Assembly (NCBI RefSeq): GCF_001194135.2
Contig: NC_068990.1
Span: 6,471,643-6,535,642, forward strand
Length of the DNA stretch: 64,000 nucleotides
Direction: 5' to 3'
Source of the DNA: Octopus bimaculoides
Taxonomy: Eukaryota
Shown piece after piece: positions 53,133-64,000 of this stretch. Under the pieces are notes generated by a model. It was not told where the DNA came from, ran no database searches, and saw only the letters and a list, made by a program, of their open reading frames with translations. Each line of letters opens with the position of its first letter. Position 1 is the stretch's first letter. Both the position numbers and the translations under genes were made by a program.

Positions 53133-53465
53133 TTTCTAATATAGGAACAAGGCCTGAAATTTTGGGGAGAGGGTTAGTCGATTGCATCGACCTCAGTACT
53201 TTACTGGTACTTTATCTTAAGGTGAAAGACAAAGACGGCCTCAGCGGAATTTGAATTCAGAACGTAACGACGGAGGAAATGCCGCTAAACATTTTGTAGG
53301 GATTCCAACGATTCTGTCAGATCTCTGCCATAAATTTTGTACATATGATAGCTTCAAATTTTGGCACAAGGCCAGCAGTTTTACTGGTGGAAGTAAGTCG
53401 AATACATGGACCCCAGTACTAAGCATTTTGTCCATTACCCTAACAATTCTGCCAGCTCACCTCTT
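53133..53465 (-). mobile_element. Family C SINE plus an adjacent older diverged copy
   Basis: AAGGCCTGAAATTTTGGGG...CTCAGCGGAATTTGAATTCAGAACG...; a second relic follows from about 53340. Confidence 0.75.
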
Positions 53466-54204
53466 TATAGATTTTGTACAAATAATAAGTTATTCATTTT
53501 CTGAATTGAACTATTTTACATACGCAAAACTATTCGGTCATTTCTTATCTATCATTATCCGCAAAGATAAAAACGGAATCTTCAGGAATATTGGTTTCAC
53601 TTGGTTAATTAGCATTTTACATTTTTCATTAACGTAAGTAGAAGTTGACTGGGTTACATTTCATTAGTAAAACTCATTAAAAATGCTGGCGCATGTTAGA
53701 TACTTCCTCAGCACTCAAATTTATTCCCTTAAATATCAGCTAACTCGATCATGATAGCATGACTAATTTCTATACGTGTTTCACTCAGTGCACAATTTTG
53801 GTTCTGCAGTTCAAGTGACCTTTGTAACTGCCTGTCAATGCGACCTAATTATAATGCCTAATTATAATGACCTAATTATAACTGGCTATCAATGCGACCT
53901 AATTATAAGCTGATGGTTGCAATACTTTCTCCCATGCCTTATGCTTTTCTCTTTGTGTACAAGAGCTTGAAGCATCTCGGTTCACTCTTACAAAATGCTC
54001 CCAAACAGCTTTATAAGACTGTCTTTATAGTACAGTCAGATATAGCAATCCAGCACACACTGGACTTATTTACCAATCGACAGCGAAGAGTTTCAGTTCA
54101 TGTAATTAACTCGTCTTCGTCATTTTGGAGTCCTACGATATGAAGAATACAATTTATCTGAAAATATCTGCAAATGATTCAAGCCAGCAACTTTATTTAT
54201 AACA

Positions 54205-54224
54205 TTATATATATATAAAAGTGA

Positions 54225-54270
<46 letters not shown>

Positions 54271-55110
54271 ATATGTATGTGAACCCGCATAACTACTGAA
54301 GTTCACAACTGATTTTCTCCAAACTGGGAACATACGTTACTTATGTTCTAAAGATGGTCTTAAACTCTTAAAACTTTTCACAAAATGAGTAACGGGCCCT
54401 TTGGGAGCAGAAAACACCTTTTCCTGGGTTACGTGGAAAAGGGAAGTAACTCTGTGAAATAACTTTAAGAAATTGATTGTCTCCCTTATATGCAGCGCGA
54501 TTAATCCGCTGAAAGTTTTTCATCTTTTTAAAATATTGATATTAATGTTTTTTATTGACATTTAATTAGTAACACGACAGTGTCATCTCAGTTATTGTAT
54601 CTATTTCTTAAAATTTTCTAGGACATTTACCTTTTTTATTGACATTTCCTTATTAACGTACAATTGTCAAAATCATATTTCTTGACATAATGTCTCCAAA
54701 GAGGAGATCCTCCATTAGTCCAAAAATTATTACAATCTCAATTGGCTGTGTGAAAGAGCAATACTGGCTCCAAAAAACAGCACTGTAAGTAAAATTAATG
54801 AGCAGCTGCTGTAGTACCTTCCTGGAAGTCCTCACATCTATAAGTCAGTTGAAACAAATCCAGAAAAGGTGGTAATTTATGCAACAGAATTTCTCAGGTT
54901 ATTGAAGCCTCCGGGACTACCTCCCAATAGATTGGAGCTTATAGTGGGAACTCCAGTAATTGAGGATTTTGGATCCCTCAACGCTCTGCAATGGGACATG
55001 CCTGGTGGTAAAGAAGATGGTGCCACATGTTATTGAAGCCACATTCTCTCTAGATGTGGAAAAGGAGCATTCCATCAGGAGCAAAAATTTCTTTTTCATT
55101 CAGAAGAGTG
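54205..55110 (+). mobile_element. Helitron remnant with PIF1-like helicase fragment
   Basis: 5' TATATATAAAAGTGAG(TG)n...CGCATAACT; INEQLL*YLPGSPHIYKSV...TEFL.LL.PPGLPPNRLEL.VGTP and LDPSTLCNGTCLVVKKMVPHVIEAT. Confidence 0.88.
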
Positions 55111-56989
55111 CAATTTCCTATTCGTATCAGCTTGGCAATGTCTATCAAATTATTCCCGCTAACAACGCACTAAGCCATTATACATTATTTTTTCAAGTAC
55201 TACATATTCCCATGTGACTGCATAGGCTCAGTTTATGTTTCTTATTCTACGGCTACACCAGCAATCCAATGTCAACCTGCGCCTTCTGCAACATTTCAAC
55301 AGTTCACTTCCCCGTTGCCGTCTCTCATTGCAGCCCCTTTCAGGAATGTACCCATTTACGTACAATATCTCCATTACACCTACATTCATCCCACTGTCAA
55401 CCGTACGATGGGTTGTGTTACCTGCAGCGCCGACTGCCGCAAATGAAATTTTGCTGGGCGGTACATACATACATACATACATACATATTACAACCAACAG
55501 TTATTCGTATTAGTGTGGGGTCTTTTAAAACTCTAGTAACTTTATTAGGCATTTTTTATTAATTTGTCTTGGATCTATTTTTATTTTTGGGTCTTACATG
55601 TCTAAGTACCCTGAGCAAACTATGGCTTTTAACCATCCAAGTGTATCACCTTTTAATTGAGAACAGAGTTAGATGAGTAAACAGGTAAGGAAGTGATACA
55701 GTGAATTTCTTTCAAATTTATGGCCTTCGTTTGCGTATTGGATTTTGTTTTGATTTGTAGGCGTAATGGGAATATCATTTTGTGTTGAGAATTAAATAAA
55801 GATTCAATCAAGAAAATGCCACAAAATACTTTCAGTTTTACAAATGATATATTTCATCAAGGTAAGTAGTTACATTTTTAGTTTCATAGAGGAAGCGAAA
55901 AAGTGCCTGGATTTATGATTGGAGCGTTACAGATTCACAAAATTCAAGCAAAAACTTCTAAACTATTTTCTTTTAAAATCAAAATATTTCAATATCGTAT
56001 TTTATTTATTATCATATTTGGGAATGATCATCTTTTTCCAATTAAAAGCATGCACTATTTATTTGATCTTCATTTTAATTTTATTAATACTTTTTTTTAT
56101 AGTTTATTTGTCCGTAAATGTTCTTTCCATTTGGAATATGCAGGGCAAAAGGAGACACATGGAATAGAGAAACACTGAAGAATTGAGAGAATGTGTGACG
56201 AAAGAACTTTGACTGGCAAATAAACTAAAAAAAAAAAAAATAATAATAATACGGATCTTTTCTATTTGGCTGGCAAGATTTCAAGAATCATAGTTTTATT
56301 GAAAATTTTAAAATTTGGTACATTAATGTAGTTTTCCAAGCTGAAGTACTGGTGTTTTTTCACTTTTTCCAGAAAAATTGGAAAATACAAAAAAAAAAAA
56401 AAAAGGTCATAAAGGTTTAAAGTTTGATCATTTTCAGCCAGTCAGGATTTGGAAGCTGTGCGTGACTGCACATTTTGTCAACATTCAGCAAATAGCACTT
56501 GTGTTTTTATATGAAACCGTAAACAAATGGATTACGTACAACATGTAAGCCCTCATAACTTCTTTATTTTTTGGAATGTTCAGAAAATTTTTGCGAATTT
56601 GTATTCTACATGCGAGAATTCATACCATTAGGCAAAAATAAATAAATAAAATAGTGGGGGTGCGTGATTTAAGGTCTATTTAGCTGTTATTTTTAGCACA
56701 CTTCACAACCACCTGAATGATAAAAAACGAGAAAACAACACGTATTTTGTAGCTCTGAGCATTCAATATGCATTTAACGAGATAAACAGCACATAACAAA
56801 TTAAATATTTCTCAAAATAAGAACCTTGTAGCACAAACTTTAAAGATTTATCCAAAAACCAAATAGCATATAACAAATTAAATATTTTTACAAAACAAAT
56901 ATCTCAACAATCTTCTCAGGACCACCAACCTTAACTGGGTAACGGAGCAGGTCCTCCACACATACTTCCCTAGCATAGCTGTTATAATC

Positions 56990-57237
56990 AACAGCTGTGC
57001 AATGGATCATCCCCAGCTCTTCGACACAAAACCAGACTGAAGTCAATTCCTTAACCCACGAGTAAAGGTATAGTCCTTTGACCCATAGGCTGGTGTAACG
57101 AAGTTGTATTCTTGGAGATATGCTCTACTCTTACATTATCAGAACGCTCATTTAATTTCACTGGGAACCTTACTACATTGTCTAAAAGGAGCAACGCTGT
57201 GTCTAGCACTGTACCTTTCTACAGCTGGACATACCCC

Positions 57238-57333
<96 letters not shown>

Positions 57334-58260
57334 TTTGTAAACTATTCCTCTCAGTTCATATTTGAACATCATAGCAGAGGTAAATTAAATTTTACGTAAC
57401 GCTTTCGATTTTCGGAGTGATACACTAGCAGGGGCTTTAATTTCGTGTCACTGGCGGCATGTCTTCCCTGATGAAATGTCGGACAATTTTGGAAACTTGA
57501 GATCCTGGTGATGATTTTTCTTCTCGAGAAATAGAAGCCCTAGCAACACTAGCAGGGGTTGGTAGGAGCGATCCGCCCCGGGCTGCACTTTTCAGTCAGC
57601 TTTAGGCAACACGTGTTTTTTGTGGGGTCCAGGGCGGCAAGCAGAAGGGCCGCACACACTCTAGCTACGCTGGTGTCTTGCAGGAATGCACGTCCAGAAA
57701 AGTAAAATTTCGTCAACGTTGTATACCTGCATTGGTGTGTTGCTCCCTTTAGCAATACTTCTTTGTTTTTCTATTTGTTTAAGGATAATTAGCAAGAAAC
57801 TCTGTACCAAGACTGACAGTTCAACTTTATGTTGTACAAACTCATGTGCTTCTTTAAATCTCTGAAACCAACCTTTACTAGCTAGAAAAGGTTATTCGTT
57901 AGAAATTTCACCCTCCTTTGACTGTAAATCGTCATACAAACTTTTGGATTTTCAAAATTATCATCGTGCTTATCAGCACCCTACTTCGAAACTTATTTTC
58001 GATCCTTACAATCAAGATACTTTAAGCATTTCATCAGTTAACTGAGCAGCTTCTTGGGCTCTTAATTTTCCCCTTATTGTAATGTATTGTGCTTACTATA
58101 GACGTTGCAAGCTTTAATGTTTTGGCAATTGGTGCCTTTTTCTCCCGCATCAAACCTTATTTAAACATCAAATTTTATACCAAGTGGAATCCCTGTATGG
58201 TTCGTTTTCACACTTGTGTCTTCAGTTCCACTTCATAGCTTCTTTCCAGAAATCTTGAAT
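56990..58260 (-). mobile_element. Decayed pogo/Tigger transposase, interrupted by (GA)n and a MITE
   Basis: N-terminal IPLGIKFDV..RFDAGEK..IAKTLKLATSIVSTI (HTH); DDE region ALLLLDNVVRFP...NVRVEHISKNTTSLHQPMGQ. Confidence 0.8.
57425..57682. mobile_element. Possible hAT-type MITE
   Basis: GC-rich island ending GGCCGCACACACTCTAGCTACGCTG; repeated ACTAGCAGGGG. Confidence 0.4.
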
Positions 58261-59154
58261 TGTAAATAAATCCAATAATGGTAGCAACCAGCAATCCGCA
58301 AAACAAAAAATAATATATATCTAGCAACAGGGGAGTATTGCTTTGTGAGAACAAAAAACTTATTATTTTCTATGTAAGAAAGGATGCCGATAAAAAGATG
58401 AAAGGGAAGAGGGATGAGGTAGGAATTACTACTGAGTGATCATTGTCAGTTGAAAGCTTATCAGCTCCATGGACACTTCACTGTTGTATCACTGACATAA
58501 AACTCCACAGTACACATACCATTGTGTTGACATACAACATGTGTAGCTTCAGACAATGCTACCATGCTGATAACTATTACGGTTGTTACCAGCTGGTTAT
58601 TCAAAAGTGAGTGGGTTGGTAGTATTGGTGGATTTGGTGTTGGTGAGAGTGGGTGTATTGTTTGGTGCTGGCAGTAATCATATTGCTCATGTTGTATTTT
58701 AGTAGGTTATTCATCTCAAATCAATCATCATTGACCTAAGATCAAAGACATTTCAGTTAACGCTTAAAGTACACTAGAGAAGTACATCGTCCCATGTAAT
58801 TGTCTTTCTTTTTAGTTAGGGCAAGACTTCCTTTTGTACCCCCATCCCCCCTTTTTTTATTTCATTTTTTTCCCCTACGGATTCCCCCTTTTCAGCTACG
58901 TNNNNNNNNNNNNNNNNNNNNNNNNNNNNNNNNNNNNNNNNNNNNNNNNNNNNNNNNNNNNNNNNNNNNNNNNNNNNNNNNNNNNNNNNNNNNNNNNNNN
59001 NNNNNNNNNNNNNNNNNNNNNNNNNNNNNNNNNNNNNNNNNNNNNNNNNNNNNNNNNNNNNNNNNNNNNNNNNNNNNNNNNNNNNNNNNNNNNNNNNNNN
59101 NNNNNNNNNNNNNNNNNNNNATGGTTCTGAAATAAATTTCCCAAAATTTTCTAT

Positions 59155-59256
59155 TTAGGGTTTTAGGGTTAGGGTTAGAGTTAGGGTTTTAGGGTTAGGG
59201 TTTTAGGATTAGGGTTTTAGAGTGTAGGTTAGAGTTAGGGTTTTAGGATTAGGGTT
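59155..59256 (+). repeat. Interstitial degenerate (TTAGGG)n / (TTTTAGGG) telomere-like array
   Basis: Roughly 15 exact or variant TTAGGG units are directly visible. Confidence 0.9.
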
Positions 59257-59648
59257 GCGGAAAAAAAGTGAAAAATGAAGAAATTGGGGGTGGGGGCAAA
59301 AAAATTCAAAATTCCGATTTTTGCAATTTTCCGGAACCTCCGTATCCGAAAATGTGGGTTTTTGGAAAAAAAAAAAAAGAAAAATTGCGAGAAAATGGTG
59401 GGAGGAAGGAAGTCTTTCCTAAGATAGAGTTGCTTATATTGTAGCTCTTGTCGGTGATCATTAAGTAGTTGGTGGGTCAGTAATGGCAGAGTACTGGTTT
59501 TGGTGTTGATGGTGTTAGTGTATATGGTTTCATTCATGTCCGTTAACTACATACAGTACAGCATTCGAACGCTTTAGCTCTTATTTCTAGGATGTACCTG
59601 CTGATGCAAGGAAGAGTCAATCAGAATCCTATTCCATTCCGTAACACT

Positions 59649-59690
<42 letters not shown>

Positions 59691-60354
59691 GGAGAATTCA
59701 CGAAAAAACAACAGACAAAGACAGGTGCTGTAAACAACAAATGGATGTATTAGTATAACGCTCATATATATTACACATACATACACGTTTGCGTATTTGA
59801 CGATTGCAGGGTGGAAGATATAAGTTCGCCATTCAGAAAATCATCAAGACCGTCAACTTCCGTAATATGGTGTCATATTTTATATCACTCGAAACTGCAG
59901 CCAAAACCTTGTCAGTGAACAGATTGCCGTTTCGAACGAAGAAAATTTTGACACTATATTACGAATGTCTAAGAGAAGATGAANNNNNNNNNNNNNNNNN
60001 NNNNNNNNNNNNNNNNNNNNNNNNNNNNNNNNNNNNNNNNNNNNNNNNNNNNNNNNNNNNNNNNNNNNNNNNNNNNNNNNNNNNNNNNNNNNNNNNNNNN
60101 NNNNNNNNNNNNNNNNNNNNNNNNNNNNNNNNNNNNNNNNNNNNNNNNNNNNNNNNNNNNNNNNNNNNNNNNNNNNNNNNNNNNNNNNNNNNNNNNNNNN
60201 NNNNNNNNNNNNNNNNNNNNNNNNNNNNNNNNNNNNNNNNNNNNNNNNNNNNNNNNNNNNNNNNNNNNNNNNNNNNNNNNNNNNNNNNNNNNNNNNNNNN
60301 NNNNNNNNNNNNNNNNNNNNNNNNNNNNNNNNNNNNNNNNNNNNNNNNNNNNNN

Positions 60355-60655
60355 GGGCAAGTGTCTTCTACTATAGCCTCGGGCCGACCAAAGCCTTGTG
60401 AGTGGATTTGGTAGACGGAAACTGAAAGAAGCCTGTCGTATATATGTATATGTTTGTGTGTCTTTGTTTGTCCCCCCAACTTCGCTTGACAACCGATGCT
60501 GGTGTGCTTACGTCCCCGTAACTTAGCGGTTCGGCAAGAGACCGATAGAATAAGTATTAAGCTTCCAAAGAATAAGTCCTGGGGTCGATTTGCTCGACTA
60601 AAGGCGGTGCTCCAGCATGGCCGCAGTCAAATGACTGTAACAAGTAAAAGAGTAA
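60355..60655 (+). mobile_element. Family A SINE (5' part lost in gap)
   Basis: GGGCAAGTGTCTTCTACTATAGCC...GCAGTCAAATGACTGTAACAAGTAAAAGAG. Confidence 0.92.
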
Positions 60656-62244
60656 TAAGTACAGTCCAAACTTTCTGCGTGAATCCCAGCATAGACAATT
60701 AAATGTGTTAATGGGGAGAAAGATATTGAAAAACCTCAATACGTCACTGACGAACAAACGAGACGGTATGAGGTGGTCATGAGATGTGCTAAAAATAACA
60801 GTTAAAGAGCCCTTAAATCACGCACTAAATTCTTTTTTTGTTTTGTTTTTGCACAATCGTATAAATTCCCGTATGTCGAAAACAGATTCGAAAAAATTTC
60901 CTGAAAATTTCAAAAAATAAAAGAATTCCGTCGCTAACTTGTCCATCCATGCTGCAAAGGCTTTGGTTTCAGAACATGATATCTGATGAAAACACTGGCT
61001 ATGGCATGCACATGGAAATAAACAAAGGAAAGAAAAACTTTTTACTCTCATTATACGGTCGAGTGTCCCGCCACGAGGATCTTTAATGCATTTAATAGCT
61101 TCATTTTTTTTATTTATAAAATGAAAAATCACATGAAATAAATTTAAACATTCTAAAAACGTTATAGTTTCAACGTCTATTCTTAACATCTCACTGATTC
61201 ACTTCCTTGTCAACGGTTGGGAAATTATGTTCCGGTCAGTTACAAAAATCTAGATAAAAATCTTTTTGCCAGCGCTTCTTTTCATATTTGTATCATTGAA
61301 ATACAGATTCTTTTGTCGTGTCTTTCCTTATGTTTCATTCAATATAACATATAGTAAACAACAATAAAATAAAAAAATGTGTCCGTTCAGAATTCTTTCT
61401 TTCGTGACTGTTCACCGGTTGCTTAGTGAAGGCATAACCAAGTGATAAAAAAAGTTGTAAATTTTCATTTATGTCAGACATAACCAACCGATTGTATGAT
61501 TTACTGAAGAATAAAGTATAAAGAATAATGATGGATTGTATAGAGAGACTGTTGCTGATGGACCGAAAGAAAAACACCACCACGTATATTATTAGTTAAT
61601 GTGATAATCAAAATTAATTAACAGACTTTAAAAAAAAAATTAAATGTAAAACTCAGCAGAAAAAAAAAAAAAACGGATTTATAATTCAAGTTAATAAAAC
61701 GACGACGAGTTTTGGAAGCGAAACGAACAAACAAACGAAACTAAATAATATTAAGAATAATTACAAAAAAGTCTATCATTATTCAGTTTTTATTTATATT
61801 TAATTGTCCTTAAATGCAATAAGCTTAGACATGTTACTTGACACTGGAGAAGATGACGAAATCAATATTCTGGGGCACGTTTCAGGTAAACAAACGAACG
61901 ATAAATTATTATTAACAACTGATTGTGTAATTTTCAGCGCCAAACTTCACTTTTTACATCATTAATATTATTTCTAATGTTTTTGCCATTTTACATTTTG
62001 CCTGTATTCATCTATAAGCTCTGTGTTTTCTGTCGAAATGTTAACGATTCTATAACAAAAAAAAAAAAAAAAGGGAAGAAAAAAAAAAGATTGAATGTAT
62101 TTGATAACATTTTAAATGAATTCAGATATTTTGAAGGCCTTCACTAATTTATAATTTCCACTGGCAAGCTTTGTTTAACAAGTAATACGTATGAATGAAT
62201 TACAATGTTGAAACACGTGTGTCGGATGTTGTAGGTGTACTCAT

Positions 62245-62545
62245 GGATCCTCCGTCAGTTTTAACGATAATCATTCAGTTGTCCCATCATCTGAACATCC
62301 GACTCGTTAAATTAACGTACACATGGCTGAGTATTCCTCACACGTGTACCCCAATGTAATTTCCAAACTGAATCAGAATATGTGACTAGGTCAGGCCGTT
62401 GAATCACCGTTACAATGCATCCAACTAGCCTTCCTCAAAGTATCCATCTACCCAGGTTCACTTTATAATGTTTGGGCTTATTCGAGGCTTATAATAAAGG
62501 CACTTTCCTTGAGATACCATGCATTAGGATCGAACGCATGACGAT
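62245..62545 (-). mobile_element. Old diverged SINE fragments
   Basis: Reverse complement of the family B 3' end (TTAACGTACACATGGCTGAG...CACGTGTACCC) plus a tRNA-like head relic (GGATCGAAC). Confidence 0.55.
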
Positions 62546-63139
62546 GAAAGCTATACATATAACGGAAATCTGAAGGACGAGGTCTGTGACGATTTAAATT
62601 CTAGGTTGCAGTTATTTCCTTTACTTTCAGGTGATCTAGTTTATCTATAACCCCGAGAGAATGTACCACATCCCAACCGCGAAATCACTGTCGTGTAACC
62701 CGTCTGTGTGCGTTAATTCAGACGTAGGGGTAACACTTGTGAGTTGTTTAGACACTTCAGTTCAGTACTGACTGACCAGACCTATTGTCAATGTTCTTAT
62801 GTAACGTTTCCTGGAAATAGTAAAATATAACCTGTGGGAAATTTGGCAGCTATTTCTAACAGGACTAACAACCACCACAGCGAAGCACTCGTTCACTTGG
62901 AGCTGCTTGCATTGATTGAAATACGAAAGAACTGCATATTCTTGGGAAAACATAAAACGTTTTTATTTATATTGTCTGCTTGTTGACAAATCAGTGAAAC
63001 TATACCAAGTTTTACTAACCATTATCAATAGTTTATACAGTGTGAAGCTTCAATTTTGACAGAATAAAACACAAAGAGTTATAAGTCATTTGTCATCAAA
63101 ATGAAGATGAATATAGCGTTCTATAAACTTCTTGTTGAG

Positions 63140-63171
<32 letters not shown>

Positions 63172-63222
63172 GTTTATATATTCGTTTTGCAAGATTCTTG
63201 ATGTGAATTCGTGTGTTGAAAC

Positions 63223-63422
63223 ATATTGTTGTATTTGGGGACGGTCATGTTGCCAGTTTAGCCAATAAAAACACACGCACTATATATTAGGTGTTCACTT
63301 CAGCTTTATTTTATATTAATCATAATATAAAATAAAGCTGAAGCAAGTGAACACCAAATATACAGTGCATGTGTTTTCATTGGCTAAACTGGCAACATGA
63401 CCATCTCCAAATACAACAATAT
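63223..63422. repeat. Near-perfect ~200-bp inverted repeat (foldback)
   Basis: Arms of about 96-100 bp around a 4-nt loop ATCA (63319-63322). Confidence 0.95.
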
Positions 63423-63473
63423 ATATATATATAAATACATGTGTATTTGTATGAGTGTATATGTATATATGAA

Positions 63474-63558
63474 AGCACGTGGTCTAGTGGTTAGGTTGTT
63501 GCACTCCCGATTGTGGGTTCGATTCCCAGATTGGGCTGTGCATTGTGTTCTCGGGTAA
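63474..63558 (+). mobile_element. tRNA-derived SINE head fragment
   Basis: GCACGTGGTCTAGTGGTTAG (A-box), GGGTTCGATTCCC (B-box), then TTGTGTTCTCGGGTAA instead of a tRNA acceptor stem. Confidence 0.7.
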
Positions 63559-63590
<32 letters not shown>

Positions 63591-63629
63591 TCATACATGT
63601 ATGTATACATATGTACACGCACACAGGGT

Positions 63630-63800
63630 TCAAATTTACAGGAAACTAAAGACAAAGACAGGTGAGGGAACAGGAAGCAAGTATATTGGTGTGATGCTTG
63701 GGAAGATTGAGAAAGTCTTTGACGTTTCAAACTTAGGCTTTTTGACAGAAAGGGATGTGAAGGAAAAAATGGGGAGAGAAAGAAAAATCAAAGAGAGGAA
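63630..63800 (-). mobile_element. Penelope-associated terminal repeat fragment with a hammerhead-like relic
   Basis: Shares AGACAAAGACAGGTG...TATT.GT.T.A.GCT with 59690-59765; contains a degenerate minimal hammerhead fold at 63717-63752. Confidence 0.45.
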
Positions 63801-63956
63801 AATGTGTAGGAATTAATGGTTTAACATGAAATGACTGAGAAAAAAATGAATCCCTGTATATATTAACATGGTATATTAACATGGTGTATTTATATTGTGT
63901 ATATATCATTTATATATGTTGATACATATCTATTTATGGATATACATATATATGGG

Positions 63957-64000
<44 letters not shown>

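Noticed and set aside
57467-57497. CTGATGA...GAAAC hammerhead-like motif (a similar one at about 8327-8340)
   Set aside because: Stem II does not close next to GAAA, and there is no stem I/III pairing around a cleavage triplet
11759-60492. Long ORF-track entries full of X, and VC/HT/YI/ER/SIYL repeats
   Set aside because: Produced by N-gaps and di- or tetranucleotide microsatellites
60818-61189. 123-aa minus ORF with PCACHS
   Set aside because: At most a weak hAT transposase relic (cf. PCACHSLNL); no evidence for a host gene
1-64000. CRISPR arrays, operons or prokaryotic defence systems
   Set aside because: The DNA is eukaryotic, intron- and TE-rich; no regularly spaced repeat-spacer array or gene cluster is present

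Overview
AT-rich, microsatellite-saturated eukaryotic (animal) genomic DNA. About 18 N-gaps total roughly 7.5 kb, and most abut simple repeats. The repeat families and microsatellite density suggest a cephalopod, probably an Octopus draft scaffold; this is an inference. Only one host coding segment is well supported: the first coding exon (9137-9457, minus strand) of a vesicular GABA/glycine transporter-like gene (SLC32A1/VGAT/unc-47). It ends in ITSWQAGWNVTNAIQ followed by a GTAAGA donor, and the rest of the gene must lie beyond the left edge of the window. Almost everything else is decayed transposable elements: R4/Dong, Tx1/L1, RTE, CR1 and Penelope-like retroelements; mariner, maT, pogo/Tigger, hAT and Helitron/Helentron-type DNA elements; and three tRNA-derived SINE families. 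Most ORFs in the supplied track are microsatellite or N-gap artefacts. I found no convincing intact novel multi-gene system. The best leads are R4/Dong elements that appear to target (TACA)n, a degenerate minimal hammerhead-like fold, a 200-bp foldback, and modular SINE rearrangements at AAGGG microhomologies. All family assignments come from motif recognition by eye, not database searches.
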